64,000 nt of DNA from Endomicrobiales bacterium (GCA_963794945.1 CAWCFT010000006.1:32001-96000), one strand, 5' to 3'; counted from the stretch's first letter, positions 9,127 through 21,196 are shown. Numbers and translations: made by a program. The notes: a model not told the origin generated them from the letters alone.

Positions 9127-9867
9127 TTAAAATATTTCTTCTATCCTAAACACCGGCCCATCCTTGCAAACCATCTTGTAGGTTTCGCCGGACCTTACCG
9201 CGCAGCCCTGGCAGTTTCCCACGCCGCATGCCATTTTTTCTTCCAGCGAAACAAAACCCTTTAATTCAAAATCCTTGGCTATCTGGGTCACTTTAGCAAG
9301 CATTGCTATCGGGCCGCAGGTGTACAGCACTGTATCGCCAAGCTCTTTACCAACAAGGTAATTCTCGAATATGTCGGTTATCACACCCTTATATCCCGCA
9401 GAACCGTCATCCGTAGCTAGTTCCATTTTCCAGCCGAGCTTCCTGAAATTGTCGAGGCAGACAAGCTCCGTGCGGTTCTTGGCCCCGTAGAAAAGCAGGC
9501 CTGGTTTGTGCAATTTCTCAGCGAGGTAGTTAAGCGAAGCGATGCCCGTGCCACCCGCCACAAGAACTGGTAGCCTGCTGCCCGCGACGTCTTCTAGGCT
9601 GTAGCCGTTGCCGAGGGGTCCAAGGACGTCAATCCTGGCACCCGGCAGTAGCTGCGAAAGGAAATTCGTCCCTTTGCCGACGCTCTTGTATAGGAATTCC
9701 ACTTTGGAGCCGGAAACGGAGTAGATGCTGAGCGGCCTGCGCAAGTACGAGCCGGGGATCTTTAGCATGCAGAATTGCCCCGGACACGAAACCCGTGCCA
9801 GATTTTCCGCCTCAAGAAGGATCCTGTAATAGCCCGGGCATATCTGAACGTTTTCCCGTATTGCCAA
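9127..9867 (-). CDS. pyrK: Dihydroorotate dehydrogenase electron transfer subunit (start uncertain)
   Basis: LRRPLSI, GPLGNG, AGGTGIA, MACGVGNCQGC...CKDGPVF. Confidence 0.93.
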   Translation of the reverse strand: MAIRENVQICPGYYRILLEAENLARVSCPGQFCMLKIPGSYLRRPLSIYSVSGSKVEFLYKSVGKGTNFLSQLLPGARIDVLGPLGNGYSLEDVAGSRLPVLVAGGTGIASLNYLAEKLHKPGLLFYGAKNRTELVCLDNFRKLGWKMELATDDGSAGYKGVITDIFENYLVGKELGDTVLYTCGPIAMLAKVTQIAKDFELKGFVSLEEKMACGVGNCQGCAVRSGETYKMVCKDGPVFRIEEIF

Positions 9868-9875
9868 TGATTGAT

Positions 9876-11160
9876 TTACTCTTTTATGGGCCAGGCGATC
9901 TTACCTCCAACAATTGTAACCTCCGCCCTGCCTTTTAGCTTCCTTCCGATGAAGGGCGAGTTCTTGCTCTTTGAAACAAAATCTTTAGCTGAAAATATGT
10001 ATTCTATATCAGGGTCTATTACAGTTATATCGGCTATGGAGCCGGCCTTGATCGTCCCGCGGCCCTCGAGCCCGAAGATCTTAGCCGGGTTTACGGCAAG
10101 CTTTTCAACGACTTGACCCCAGCTTAGGACTTTATTATCTACCAGTTCCGTGTTCACAAGCGTAAGCATTGTTTCCAAGCCTATTATACCGAAAGGAGCA
10201 AGGTCGTATTCTTTATTCTTCTCTTCCTCCGTGTGCGGCGCGTGGTCGGTGCATATACAGTCGATGGTCCCATCAGCGAGGCCCGCTTTTATGGCTGCGA
10301 TGTCGTTTTGAGAGCGGAGCGGAGGGTTCATTTTCGTGTTAGTATCATAGTTCTTTACTTCCTCATCAGTCAGAGAGAAATAATGCGGGCACGTTTCGGC
10401 CGTGACTTTTATGCCTTTCCTTTTTGCCTGACGAACGAGCTCGACAGAACCAGCGGTCGAAACGTGCGCTATATGGAGGTGGCCTCCGGTAAGCTCCGCC
10501 AGCATTATGTCGCGGCTGTATCATTATCTCTTCGGCCTGCCTCGGAATGCCGCGAAGCCCTAGCACCATGGACGTGTGGCTATCGTTCATCGCGCCGCCT
10601 TTTGTAAGGTTCTTGTCTTCGCAGTGCGCTATAACCGGCAAGCCGAACATTTTTGTGTACTGGAGCGCGCGCCTCATTACCTGGGAATTCATTACCGGCA
10701 TGCCGTCATCTGAGACCGCCACTACACCGGCCTTCTTAAGCACTCCTATTTCCGCGAGCTCTTCGCCCGCCGAATTTTTGGTTATACAGCCTATCGGGAA
10801 GACATTCACATGCCCTTCTTTCTGGGCTTTCATGAGAACGAACTCTACCGCCGGCGCATTGTCGAGCGGCGGATGGGTGTTCGGCATGCAGAATATCGTA
10901 GTTATTCCGCCGTGGGCCGCGGCCTTCGTGCCGCTCTCAATGGTTTCTTCCTCTTCATGTCCCGGCTCGCGCAAATGCGTGTGTATATCTATGAGCCCCG
11001 GGACTACGATTTTGCCTTTGGCTTCAATAACTTTGGCATCGGAGGTCTTGATATCAGGCTTGACCTCAAGTATCTTGCCGTCCGCGACAAGCACGTCGGC
11101 CACGCCTTCGAAATTGGCCGCCGGGTCTATAACCATCCCGCCTTTGATCAGTATCTTCAT
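9876..11160 (-). CDS. pyrC: Dihydroorotase (frameshift near 10520)
   Basis: [34 protein letters not shown] across two ORFs. Confidence 0.94.
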
Positions 11161-12125
11161 TTTTGTTCCCCATTCTTCTCTTCGATCTGATGATTTTTCT
11201 TCATGTCTTTCTTGCCCGAAAGAAGGTAGAGGATGGCCATCCTGACCGCGATCCCGTTCGTTACCTGTTCGTATATCACGGCGTTAGGCCCGTTCGCTAC
11301 CTCGCTTGATATCTCTATACCGCGATTCATCGGGCCGGGGTGCATTATCATTACGTCCGGCTTCGCGGCTTTTAAGCGGTCAGCCGTCACCTGGTAGAGT
11401 TCGATATATTCGTGCACTGACGGAAAGAGGTTGTCCTGCTGGCGCTCAAGTTGTATGCGCAGGATATTTACGACATCTACGTCTTTGAGAGCTTCGTCCA
11501 GGTTGTAGAATACTTTTACACCGAGGTCGGTTATTCTCGAAGGGATAAGAGTCGGCGGACCGGAAACCCTGACTTCGGCGCCGAGCTTGGTCAGGCCCCA
11601 TATGTTCGATTTTGCGACTCGCGAGTGAAGTATGTCGCCTACGAGAAGAACCTTCAACCCTTTAATATTTTTCTTTTTTTCTACTATCGTGTAGAGGTCC
11701 AGGAGGCCCTGCGAAGGGTGCTCGTGGAAACCGTCGCCGGCGTTTATTATAGAGGCATGGAGATTCCGCGCGAGTACGGCCGGCGCGCCTGCGAGGCCGT
11801 GACGGATTATTATAAAGTCCGCTTTCATTGCCTCTAGTGTTTTACCGGTATCTATGAGGCTTTCGCCTTTGACAACGCTGGAGGACGCAACTGCGACATT
11901 TACAACGTCCGCGGACAGGCGCTTCGCCGCTATTTCGAAAGATGTGCGGGTGCGTGTTGACGGCTCGTAAAAAAGGTTCACTACGGTTTTTCCTCGAAGA
12001 GTGGGAACTTTCTTAATGGAACGGGTAAAAAGGCTTTTAAAAGGAGGGACTGTGCTGAGTATTGCTTCGATCTCTTTTGCGTCCAGGTGCTCGAGGCCCA
12101 ACAAATCTTTTTTCTGCAAGGTCAT
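11157..12125 (-). CDS. pyrB: Aspartate carbamoyltransferase catalytic subunit
   Basis: [33 protein letters not shown]. Confidence 0.97.
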   Translation of the reverse strand: MTLQKKDLLGLEHLDAKEIEAILSTVPPFKSLFTRSIKKVPTLRGKTVVNLFYEPSTRTRTSFEIAAKRLSADVVNVAVASSSVVKGESLIDTGKTLEAMKADFIIIRHGLAGAPAVLARNLHASIINAGDGFHEHPSQGLLDLYTIVEKKKNIKGLKVLLVGDILHSRVAKSNIWGLTKLGAEVRVSGPPTLIPSRITDLGVKVFYNLDEALKDVDVVNILRIQLERQQDNLFPSVHEYIELYQVTADRLKAAKPDVMIMHPGPMNRGIEISSEVANGPNAVIYEQVTNGIAVRMAILYLLSGKKDMKKNHQIEEKNGEQK

Positions 12126-12180
12126 TTTAACCTCTGGTATAATATTTTATACCGCAATGAAGGCAAGCTGATGCCTTTAC

Positions 12181-12741
12181 TTAAGCTTCTTCCATAAGAA
12201 CGGCCCTGTCGCTTCCGTCAACTTCCACTAATTCGACCGACACAAGCTCCTGTTTTGATGTCACAAATTTCTTGCCGGTGAAATTAGGCTCTATCGGGAG
12301 TTCCCTCATGCCCCTGTCCACGAGCACCGCCAGCTGTATGTTCTCGGGCCTGCCGAAATCCATTAGTTCATCCAGCGCGGCCCGTATGCTTCTGCCGGTG
12401 TAGAGAACATCGTCTACTACGACTATTTTTTTACCCGTTAAGTCGAAGGGTATGTCGGTCTCCTGAACCTGCGGCGGGGTGGCCATATTGGCTACGTCGT
12501 CGCGGTAGAGCGTTATATCTATGACGCCAAAAGGAATGTCTTTTTGGCCGTCACAAAGGCCGGCCTTTAGCATCTCATCTATGATCCTCTTCGCGATAAA
12601 TACGCCTCTCGTCTGCACGCCGATTAACGCGAGGTTCTTTACACCGAAATTCTTCTCGACGATCTCATGCGCGAGGCGTTTTATTGTCCTTGTTATCTCT
12701 TCGCCTGACATGATTACTTTCTTCTCTTTGTATTTTTTCAT
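12181..12741 (-). CDS. pyrR: Pyrimidine regulatory protein / UPRT
   Basis: RLAHEIVEKN, DITLYRDD, VDDVLYTGRSIRAALD, LVDRGMRELPI. Confidence 0.95.
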   Translation of the reverse strand: MKKYKEKKVIMSGEEITRTIKRLAHEIVEKNFGVKNLALIGVQTRGVFIAKRIIDEMLKAGLCDGQKDIPFGVIDITLYRDDVANMATPPQVQETDIPFDLTGKKIVVVDDVLYTGRSIRAALDELMDFGRPENIQLAVLVDRGMRELPIEPNFTGKKFVTSKQELVSVELVEVDGSDRAVLMEEA

Positions 12742-12752
12742 TATATTCTATG

Positions 12753-13304
12753 TTAGCGTTTTGCCGCGTCCTTCTGCGCCTGCACGTATTTTTCTATGCC
12801 TATTTTTTGAAGGCGGCTGTCTTTTTCTGAAACCGCAAGCGCTAGGCTCTTACGGTATGCTTCCAACTTTTTCTTAAGGGGATTGTCTTTTATAGCTAGT
12901 ATCTGCGCGGCGAGCACGCCAGCGTTCTGCGCACCAGCCTTGCCTATCGCTACCGCTGCAACAGGTATCCCTGGAGGCATCTGCACTATTGAGAATAGCG
13001 CGTCCATTCCCGCGAGGCTTTTGCCTTCCATAGGGACTCCTATGACAGGCTTTATGGTCTCAGCCGCTACAACGCCGGGGAGCGCAGCGGCCATACCTGC
13101 GGCGCAGATGAACACTTCCGCACCCTGTTTTTCCGCTTCCCTTATGATGGCTTTTACTTTAGAAGGTGTCCTGTGGGCGGAGGCGACATTTATTCTGAAA
13201 GGTATGCCGAACCCGTCGAGCACCTCTGACGCCGCCGCTACGGATGAAAGATCCGAATCGGAACCGGCTATTATCGCTACCCTGATGCCTTTTTTGTTAA
13301 CCAT
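12753..13304 (-). CDS. purE: PurE (N5-CAIR mutase / AIR carboxylase)
   Basis: GSDSD, SAHRTP, SIVQMPPGIPVA. Confidence 0.96.
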   Translation of the reverse strand: MVNKKGIRVAIIAGSDSDLSSVAAASEVLDGFGIPFRINVASAHRTPSKVKAIIREAEKQGAEVFICAAGMAAALPGVVAAETIKPVIGVPMEGKSLAGMDALFSIVQMPPGIPVAAVAIGKAGAQNAGVLAAQILAIKDNPLKKKLEAYRKSLALAVSEKDSRLQKIGIEKYVQAQKDAAKR

Positions 13305-13329
13305 GGGTTGTCCGCCCTTAAAGAAGATG

Positions 13330-14604
13330 TTACTTAAAAGCCTTTCTCGCTATATCTTTGCGAAAGTGCATCTTATCAAAACTTATTTTTGTGACCAACT
13401 CGTAGGCTTTGGCTACCGCACCGCGGAGGTTATCCCCGAGAGCCGTTACCACAAGCACCCTTCCGCCGGAAGTGACGATCTTTTTCCCGTCTGAAGAGGT
13501 TCCCGCGTGAAAAACCATTGTGTCAGCCTGAGCGGCGGCTTTTTCAAGGCCTTTAATTTCCTTGCCCTTTTCGAAACTTCCCGGGTATCCGCCCGACGCA
13601 AGAACAACGCACGCGGCTGACTTATTATACCAATTAACTTTAATTTTGTCTAACTGTTTAGCGTTGATTTTCAGCATGATTTCGACTAAATCAGTCTCAA
13701 GCAGCGGAAGCACGACTTCGGTCTCCGGGTCGCCGAACCGGCAGTTAAATTCCAGCACCGAAGGTTCTCCTTTGTTGACCATCAGGCCGATGTAGAGGAC
13801 CCCTCTGTAATCTATGCCCTCCTTCTTAAGGCCAGCTATAAGAGGCGCTATGATTGTTCTTTCGGTCTTCTCCCTGAGAGCCTCATCGAAAAGTGGGGCG
13901 GGAGCATAGGCGCCCATGCCGCCGGTGTTCGGTCCTTCATCATTATCGTTGACCCTCTTATGGTCCTGGGCCGCAGCCATGATTGAATAGCTGTTCCCGT
14001 CTAAAAATATCTGGACGGAGACCTCTTCGCCCTGGAGAAACTCTTCAATGACCACCTCACTGCCCGCGGAACCGAAAAGTTTGTCTGACAGTATCTGCCG
14101 AACTGCATTCTCGGCCTCTTCCATTGCAGCGCATATTATCACGCCTTTGCCTGCCGCGAGGCCGTCGGCTTTTACGACCAGTTTCCTATCCCGCGGCGCG
14201 CTTTTGAGGAATGTCAATGCATCCGCAGCGTTCTTGAAAGAGTTATAGGCAGCCGTGGGTACGCCGTACTTTTTCATGATGTCTTTGGCGAACACTTTGC
14301 TGGCCTCCAGGGTGGCCGACTTTTTGTCCGGGCCGAATATATCGAGCCCGCGGCCCCTGAAATAGTCAACTATCCCGGCAGCGAGCGGGACTTCCGGCCC
14401 GACAACAGTCAGCTTGATGCCTTCGTTTTTAACAAAATCTGCGATAGCCGCAAAATCATCCGCCTTAAGCGGAACGCAATGCGCGATCTTAGATATACCG
14501 GCGTTACCCGGAGCGCAATAGACCTTTTCTACCATTGGACTTTGCTTTATCTTCCAGCAAAGAGTGTGTTCCCTGCCGCCTGAACCTATCACAAGGATCT
14601 TCAT
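13330..14604 (-). CDS. purD: Phosphoribosylamine-glycine ligase
   Basis: GSGGREH, KADGLAAGKGV, QDHKR, GPNTGGMG, EFNCRFGDPE. Confidence 0.97.
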   Translation of the reverse strand: MKILVIGSGGREHTLCWKIKQSPMVEKVYCAPGNAGISKIAHCVPLKADDFAAIADFVKNEGIKLTVVGPEVPLAAGIVDYFRGRGLDIFGPDKKSATLEASKVFAKDIMKKYGVPTAAYNSFKNAADALTFLKSAPRDRKLVVKADGLAAGKGVIICAAMEEAENAVRQILSDKLFGSAGSEVVIEEFLQGEEVSVQIFLDGNSYSIMAAAQDHKRVNDNDEGPNTGGMGAYAPAPLFDEALREKTERTIIAPLIAGLKKEGIDYRGVLYIGLMVNKGEPSVLEFNCRFGDPETEVVLPLLETDLVEIMLKINAKQLDKIKVNWYNKSAACVVLASGGYPGSFEKGKEIKGLEKAAAQADTMVFHAGTSSDGKKIVTSGGRVLVVTALGDNLRGAVAKAYELVTKISFDKMHFRKDIARKAFK

Positions 14605-14751
14605 TTTTCCGCCTTTATTATAATTAATGACGTCACAACAAACGATAAAAATATATGAGCAGCTCTAAGAAAACATGGGGTAGTGTTACTGGAAGGAGGA
14701 TTTTATACTGCGGGAAGTTCATTATTTTGCGAATACCTTGGAACAAATTTA

Positions 14752-16132
14752 CTAACAGGTACCGAAACCTCGCGAACGAGGACATCTGCCGATCTTATAT
14801 TGACCGGTGAAGCAAGCCGTGCAATAATTCTCTTTAGGCGCATTGGTGGATTTCAGCAAACCATCAATACTTAGGTAGTTTAGGCTGTCAACACCAAGAT
14901 ATTTTTCGATATCTTTTATTGAATGGGTGGCAGCAATGAGCTCATTTTTTGTTGGCGTGTCTATGCCATAAAAGCACGGGTCGGTTATGGGCGGAGAACT
15001 TATAGCCAGATGGATCTCCTTTGCCCCGGCGGCTCTCATCATCTTCACAAGCTTGCGGCTGGTGGTTCCCCGGACTATAGAATCGTCAACGACTATGACC
15101 CTCTTTCCTGCGAGTATATCGCGGACGGGATTGTATTTGATCTTCGCGCCAAAATCGCGTATGTGCTGGCTGGGCTCGATGAAAGTCCTGCCTATATAAT
15201 GGTTCCTTATAAGCCCTGTCTCATATGGAATGCCGGCTTCCATACTGTAACCTATAGCGGCGCCATTGGCAGAGTCCGGAACGGCTATGACGAAATCTGC
15301 GTTCTTTATCTTGGGCATTGTTTCCAGGGCGAGCCTCTTGCCCAGTTCCCTTCTTACCGAGTGGACGCTCTGCCCGAATATCATGCTGTCCGGCCTAGAA
15401 AAGTATATATATTCGAATATGCACATCGAGCTGTTCTTGTTTTTTTCGAACAGCTGCCTTGACCTCAATCCTTTTCTATCAACGATAACCATCTCGCCTG
15501 GCTCAACATCCCTTAAATATTTTGCGCCTATAAGGTCCAGAGCACATGTTTCAAACGCCATCACAAAGCCCTTGTTAAGAGTCCCTATGCAGAGCGGCCG
15601 TACACCCCACGGGTCGCGAACTGCGATAAGCTTTTCCGGTGTCATTATGACGACCGAATCGGCCCCTTTAAGTTTGGCCAGCGCATATTTGATAGCATCC
15701 TCAAGCGGACGCCCGTTGGCTTTCGCAATAAGGTGAAGGATTACTTCGCTGTCGGATGTGGTCTGAAATATTGACCCTTCGTGTTCGAGTTTGGATTTGA
15801 TCTGCGCGGCGTTGATAAGGTTGCCGTTGTGTGCGACAGCGAGCTGGCCTTTCGCGTAGTTGATAACGAGAGGCTGGGCGTTCTTAATCAAGCTTACTCC
15901 GGCGGTAGAATATCGCACGTGACCTATCGCTATATCGCCTTGGAGTTTCTCAAGGTTTCCCTGGTTAAATATGTTCTGAAACAAGCCCCATCTGGACGTA
16001 GGGGTAAATGGTCTTACCATCGGACGAAGCAATGCCTGCGCTCTCTTGCCCGCGGTGCTGCAGGGCATAGAGGCCGAGATAGGCAAGTTTTGACGCTTCA
16101 GGCTGGCTAAAAACTCCAAATATTCCGCACAT
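14752..16132 (-). CDS. purF: Amidophosphoribosyltransferase (frameshift near 15980)
   Basis: ATG 16132 gives MCGIFGV...[10 protein letters not shown]; then [35 protein letters not shown]. Confidence 0.95.
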
Positions 16133-16149
16133 AATATTAATCCCAGTAA

Positions 16150-16213
16150 TAAGCCGTAAGCTGTAAGTTATAAGAAGACTTTTCTTACAGCTTACAACTT
16201 AAAACTTATAACT
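16150..16213. repeat. Heptamer inverted-repeat element with minimal loop upstream of purF
   Basis: taagccg taagctg taagtta taagaag ac ttttctta cagctta caactta aaactta taact. Confidence 0.92.
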
Positions 16214-16215
16214 TT

Positions 16216-16527
16216 TTAAAAGATGTATTTATCAAACAACTTTACGGTGAGCCAAAAGAAGGCGAATGAGACAACAAAGGTGATTATCATTATTTTCAGA
16301 TTCGAGCGAGTTATCTTTTTGAGGCGTTTATCTTCGTTTTCTTCCTGCCTGATATCCGACGCGAGCTTTATCCTGGTATCTTTTTCAAGGTCGGCATAGT
16401 CTCGGTATTGCCGGCATGTGCTATTCTCCGAAAACCAAAAACAGCGTACAAGGCAAAAAACATTTGTGTTCCCTTTCTGATCAGTGTTCCTGTCCCCCTG
16501 AAACAAACAGTTCCCGCAGTTCGCCAT
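16216..16527 (-). CDS. Small hypothetical protein, Cys-rich N-terminus and C-terminal TM helix
   Basis: 103 aa, CGNC..C..C..C, hydrophobic tail; GGAG RBS upstream. Confidence 0.7.
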   Translation of the reverse strand: MANCGNCLFQGDRNTDQKGNTNVFCLVRCFWFSENSTCRQYRDYADLEKDTRIKLASDIRQEENEDKRLKKITRSNLKIMIITFVVSFAFFWLTVKLFDKYIF

Positions 16528-16570
16528 ACCAGGCTCCTATAGATTGAAGTGTTAACTCGCTGTTGTTGGA

Positions 16571-17356
16571 TTATATCATATTTACAGCGTTTTTAAAAAT
16601 TGTGAGCCCCCAGCCGTACTGCCCGCCATCCATGCTTTTCCTCGAAGGATGCTGGTAACTGAAAACGAACCTTTCCGGGTGCGGCATAAGCCCGAAAACG
16701 TTGCCTTTTTTGCTGCATATACCCGCAATACTGTTTGCCGAACCGTTCGGGTTGTACGGATACCGTGCTAATTTTCCGTTTACATCGCAGTACCTGAAAA
16801 CCACCTGACCGTTATTCTCTATATCTTCGAGCGTTTTATCGTCCGAGGCGATGAACTTCCCTTCGCCGTGCGCGATAGGCAACTGAATTATATCTGGCAC
16901 GTCCAGAGTCCAGGGGCAGTCGCTTTTTTTTCCAGAGGCGTGGACCGTTTTCAAGTTGATCCACCTGCACTCGAATTTCTCGGAATCGTTGAAAGTGAGG
17001 GTCGTGGTCTGCTGGAATTTTGTCTCGTCAGGGAGAAGCCCCATTTTCACGAGGACCTGGAAGCCGTTGCATATACCGATTATCGGTTTTCCGGCCTGGG
17101 CGAATTCCTGCAGTTTGCCTCCCAGCTTGTATTTCAGCTCGTTGGCGAGTATCTTGCCAGAGGCTATGTCGTCCCCGTATGAAAAGCCGCCGGGTATCGC
17201 CAGTATCTGGTAATCGGAAAGCTTTACCTCTCCAGAGATAAGCCTGTTGATATGCACGCGTTCTGCGGTCGCCCCGGCAAGCTCAAACGCCGCCTTGGTC
17301 TCGCAGTCGCAATTCGTACCCGCCGTTCTTATAACTATCGCTTTTGGTTTTGCCAT
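16571..17356 (-). CDS. purQ: FGAM synthase glutaminase subunit
   Basis: GTNCD, PGGFSYGD, GICNGFQ, AHGEG, GLMPHPER. Confidence 0.96.
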   Translation of the reverse strand: MAKPKAIVIRTAGTNCDCETKAAFELAGATAERVHINRLISGEVKLSDYQILAIPGGFSYGDDIASGKILANELKYKLGGKLQEFAQAGKPIIGICNGFQVLVKMGLLPDETKFQQTTTLTFNDSEKFECRWINLKTVHASGKKSDCPWTLDVPDIIQLPIAHGEGKFIASDDKTLEDIENNGQVVFRYCDVNGKLARYPYNPNGSANSIAGICSKKGNVFGLMPHPERFVFSYQHPSRKSMDGGQYGWGLTIFKNAVNMI

Positions 17357-17377
17357 TGATTTTTCCCTTGATTTTAA

Positions 17378-19799
17378 TTACCAGCTCAGCCTGCCCTGCC
17401 ATGCCTTATATAAATTATCCATCTTCTCTCTAACGATACATCTGCCGCTAAGTCCTTTGATCAAAAGTTCATTCTTTGTTACCTTGCCTATTCGTGCGAA
17501 TCCCGCGCCAATCATTGCCGCTTCAAATTTCTTGGCCTTGCCGGCTTCTATTTCTACGACAAACCTGCTGTTCGACTCAGAAAAAAGTATCTCCGCATCG
17601 TCCAGGAATTCAGAGACCGGAACCTTTGAGAGGTCGATCTCAAGCCCCTTTTTGCCAGCGAAAGCCATTTCGGCAGCGGCTACTGACAGCCCGCCTTCCG
17701 AGCAGTCGTGGCACGACTTCACAAGCCCTGCGCTTATAGCTTCAGAACAACGCCTTCATGGCCTTGAGCGACTTTTCCGCGTAAACTTTCGGCACAATTC
17801 CGCCTTTTATAGTCTTCTCCCTGAAATACGTTCAGCCGCCGAGCTCGTTTTTTGTGTCGCCTATGATGTAAACGTAGTTTCCTTCATCTTTCAAGTCCAT
17901 CGTTATAGTTTTTCTTACGTCCCTTACTATACCGATAGCCGAGATCAGAAGTGACGGCGGTATAGAATAATGTTTCTTGCCTATCGCGTATTCGTTGTGA
18001 AGGCTGTCTTTTCCGGAGATGAACGGCGTCCCGTAAATTTTAGCCATGTCGTAACAGGCTTCCGCCGCGCGGACTAGCGACCCCAGCACTTCAGGCCTAT
18101 AGGGATTGCCCCAGCAAAAATTGTCAAGTATAGCTATTCGCCCAATGTCGGCCCCCACGCAAACCGCGTTCCTTAGAGCCTCGTCAATAGCTGATGCCGC
18201 CATCCAGTACGCGTCTATCTTGCCGTATTCCGGGTTCATGCCGTTGGACAAGACGAAACCCTTATATTTTGATTTGCTGTCGCCGGCTGCCGGCTGCTGG
18301 TCAAACGTGTAAGGCCAAACAACCGCGGCGTCTCCCGGGCCTTGGGCCGTTATGTCTGGCCCCTGAAGCGGTTTTACAACAGTCTGTCCCTGTACTTCGT
18401 GGTCGTACTGCCTTATTATCCACTCGCGTGAACATATGCTCAACGAACCAAGCAGTTCTTTAAGATCGTTCCCATAGTCGGCTTTTTTCTTTATCTTCAC
18501 CGCTTTTTCCACGGGGGGCGTCCATGATGCGACGTTCTTAACCTTAGGCACTCCGCTGTGCAGGAACTCCATGTCCAACAGCGCGATCGTTTCGTCACCG
18601 TACATCACGGTTAGCATTTTGTCACCGGTAAACTCTCCTATGAACACCGCTTCAACGTTCTCTGACCTGAATATTTCGAGTATCTTCTCTTTGTTCTCGG
18701 GCTGCACGGCAAAAACCATGCGCTCCTGCGCTTCCGAGACCCATATTTCCCAAGGGCGCAGGCCCTCATATTTTAGAGGGATATGTTCGAGATGAACCTT
18801 CACGCCAGTCTCTTCGCCAAGCTCGCCCACGGCACTAGAGAGCCCGCCCGCGCCGCAATCCGTTACGGCCCGGTATAATCCGAGGTCACGCGCGCGGAGC
18901 ATGGTATCAAGCACCTTTTTTTCTACTATAGGGTTTCCTATCTGGACAGCGCTGACGTCGGTCTCCTGATCCAATTTGACTGATGAGAACGTAGCGCCAT
19001 GTATTCCGTCGCGTCCCGTGCGTCCGCCGGCAACAAGAACGAGGTCGCCGGGTTTAACTTCTTTGAAAGCCATGTTTTTCGGTATGATCCCAGCGGTACC
19101 GCAATAAACCAGCGGATTAGACGTGTACGCATCATCAAAATAGACCGCGCCGTTGACCGTTGGTATACCCATGCGGTTGCCGTAATCCCTGACGCCTGAA
19201 ACGACACCCTTCGCTATCCTCTTCGGATGAAGCATGCCCTTGGGAAGTTTTTTCCAGGGCATGTCCGGGTTACCGAAACAGAAAATATCGGTGTTGGCGA
19301 ACGGCTTTGCCCCGAGGCCTACGCCCATTATGTCCCTTATAACTCCGCCGATACCTGTCGCCGCGCCGCCGTACGGCTCAAGCGCGGAAGGATGGTTGTG
19401 CGTTTCGACTTTGAAAGCTATGCCGTTCTTGTCGTCAAAATCTATTACGCCAGCGTTGTCTTTGAACACGGATATACACCAGGGCAGATCGAGCTCTTTC
19501 GTCGCGCGGAAAACGGTTTCTTTGAGCAGGTTGTTATATATCTTTGTCTTCTTTTTCCCGGCTCCCGATTTTTCCGTGTACTCTATCACACCGGTAAGCG
19601 TTTTGTGCTTGCAGTGTTCGCTCCAGGTCTGGGCTATTGTCTCAAGCTCGATGTCCGTGGGGTTCCTGCCGAGAGCCTTAAAGTATGACTTAACTGTCTT
19701 CATCTCAACAAGCGAGAGTGAAAGCACAGCTTTTTTGCTCAACGCCATCAGTTCTTTATCGGAAACGCTTAATAATTTGATCTGGTTTCTATTGGTCAT
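17378..19799 (-). CDS. purL: FGAM synthase subunit PurL (frameshifts about 17720-17840)
   Basis: QTWSEHCKH, KVETHNHPS, GGRTGRDGIHGATFSS, SEAQERM, ISGKDS; C-terminal HDCSEGGL, LFSESNSRF. Confidence 0.95.
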
Positions 19800-19822
19800 T
19801 TATTATCATCCTTACCTGGCTC

Positions 19823-20272
19823 TTACTGCTGAATTTTGCATTCCTGTATCATAGGGTTATAAAGTATTGAGTCGGCAGCTTGCTTGATCGCGCCGGCCGA
19901 TGTTTTCCTTTGAATTCGAATTTGTGCCCGGTCTTTATCTTGAGTTGTTCGGCGATACCTATATCTTTGACCGCCTTGGCCACGCTGTCGGCGACAGTGT
20001 CTGTTACACCTTTTTAAGCCATATTTCCGCGGAAAGCCCGCGACTTGATTCATCTGGGTTTACAACATACTCTTCCGTTATCGGGTCTATAAGTAACCTG
20101 CTGGATATCCTTTCGGCTTCCTGGCGGGTCAGCTCACCTTCTACGAGATAAACTGGAGAGTAGTTCACAGCAGTTACACCCTTGATGCCAAGCTCGGCTA
20201 TTTCGTGTTTGACGTGGTCGCCGTGCTTGTCGTTGAACTTTTTTTTAGTGAGATCTCTATCTTGTATATCAT
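19823..20272 (-). CDS. purS: PurS-like protein with two tandem PurS domains (frameshifted)
   Basis: Manual: MIYKIEISLKKKFNDKHG...LLIDPITEEY then EIWLK(K)GVTDTVADSV...ILYNPMIQE; between purC and purL. Confidence 0.75.
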
Positions 20273-20288
20273 GCTTTTCTTCCTCGAG

Positions 20289-21181
20289 CTAACCCTTGAA
20301 TTTTCTGCCTGTTATTATTTCATAAGCTTCCATATATTTGGCTTTTGTGACTTTAACCACATTATCAGGAAGCACCGGCACCGGCGGCTGTTTATTCCAT
20401 TTTATGGACTCAAGATAGTCGCGCACGAACTGTTTATCCAGGCTGTCCTGTGATTTACCTTCTTCGTATTTCGACTCTTCCCAGAACCGCGATGAATCCG
20501 GGGTCAGGATCTTCGTCAATTAATATCACCTTGCCGTCATATATACCGAACTCAAATTTTGTGTCCGCTATTATTATCCCCTCTCGACTCGGCGTACTGT
20601 GAAGCTTTCGTATATACAAAAAGGCTTAGTTCCTTGATCTTTTCTGACAACTCTGGTCCTATTCTTTTTACGGTCTCATCAAAAGATATGTTTTCGTCAT
20701 GTTTCCCGCCCTCTTCCTTGCTTGAAGGAGTAAAGACCGGCTCTGGAAGTTTTGAAGATTCATTGAGGCCTTCGGGCAGCTTGATCCCGCAAACAGTTCC
20801 TGATTTCTGATATTCTTTCCATCCAGAGCCCGCCAAGTAACCGCGCACTATGCATTCGATATCTATCCTTTTGGCTTTCTTTACAAGCATCGAACGGCCG
20901 CGGAGGTATTCATACTTTTTGAGTTTTGTCGGGAACTGCTCGAAATCGCCAGTGATGAGATGGTTGGGCACTATTCCCTGAAACATATCGAACCAGAACA
21001 TGGAGAGGCTGTGCAGTATCTTGCCCTTATCGGGGATAATAGTAGGGAGCACAAAATCAAACGCAGATATCCTGTCCGAGGCAACTATCAAAAGCTGCTG
21101 GTCAAGGTCGTAAACGTCCCTTACCTTTCCTCTGTGAATAAGAGGCAGATCGATCTTTTCGTTTTGTACAGTACCGTTCAT
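20289..21181 (-). CDS. purC: SAICAR synthetase (frameshifts near 20520-20570)
   Basis: GKVRDVY, SDRISAFD, ECIVRGYLAGSG, LTPDSSRFW, SLDKQFVRD. Confidence 0.95.
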
Positions 21182-21196
21182 AGATTCTCCGAATAA

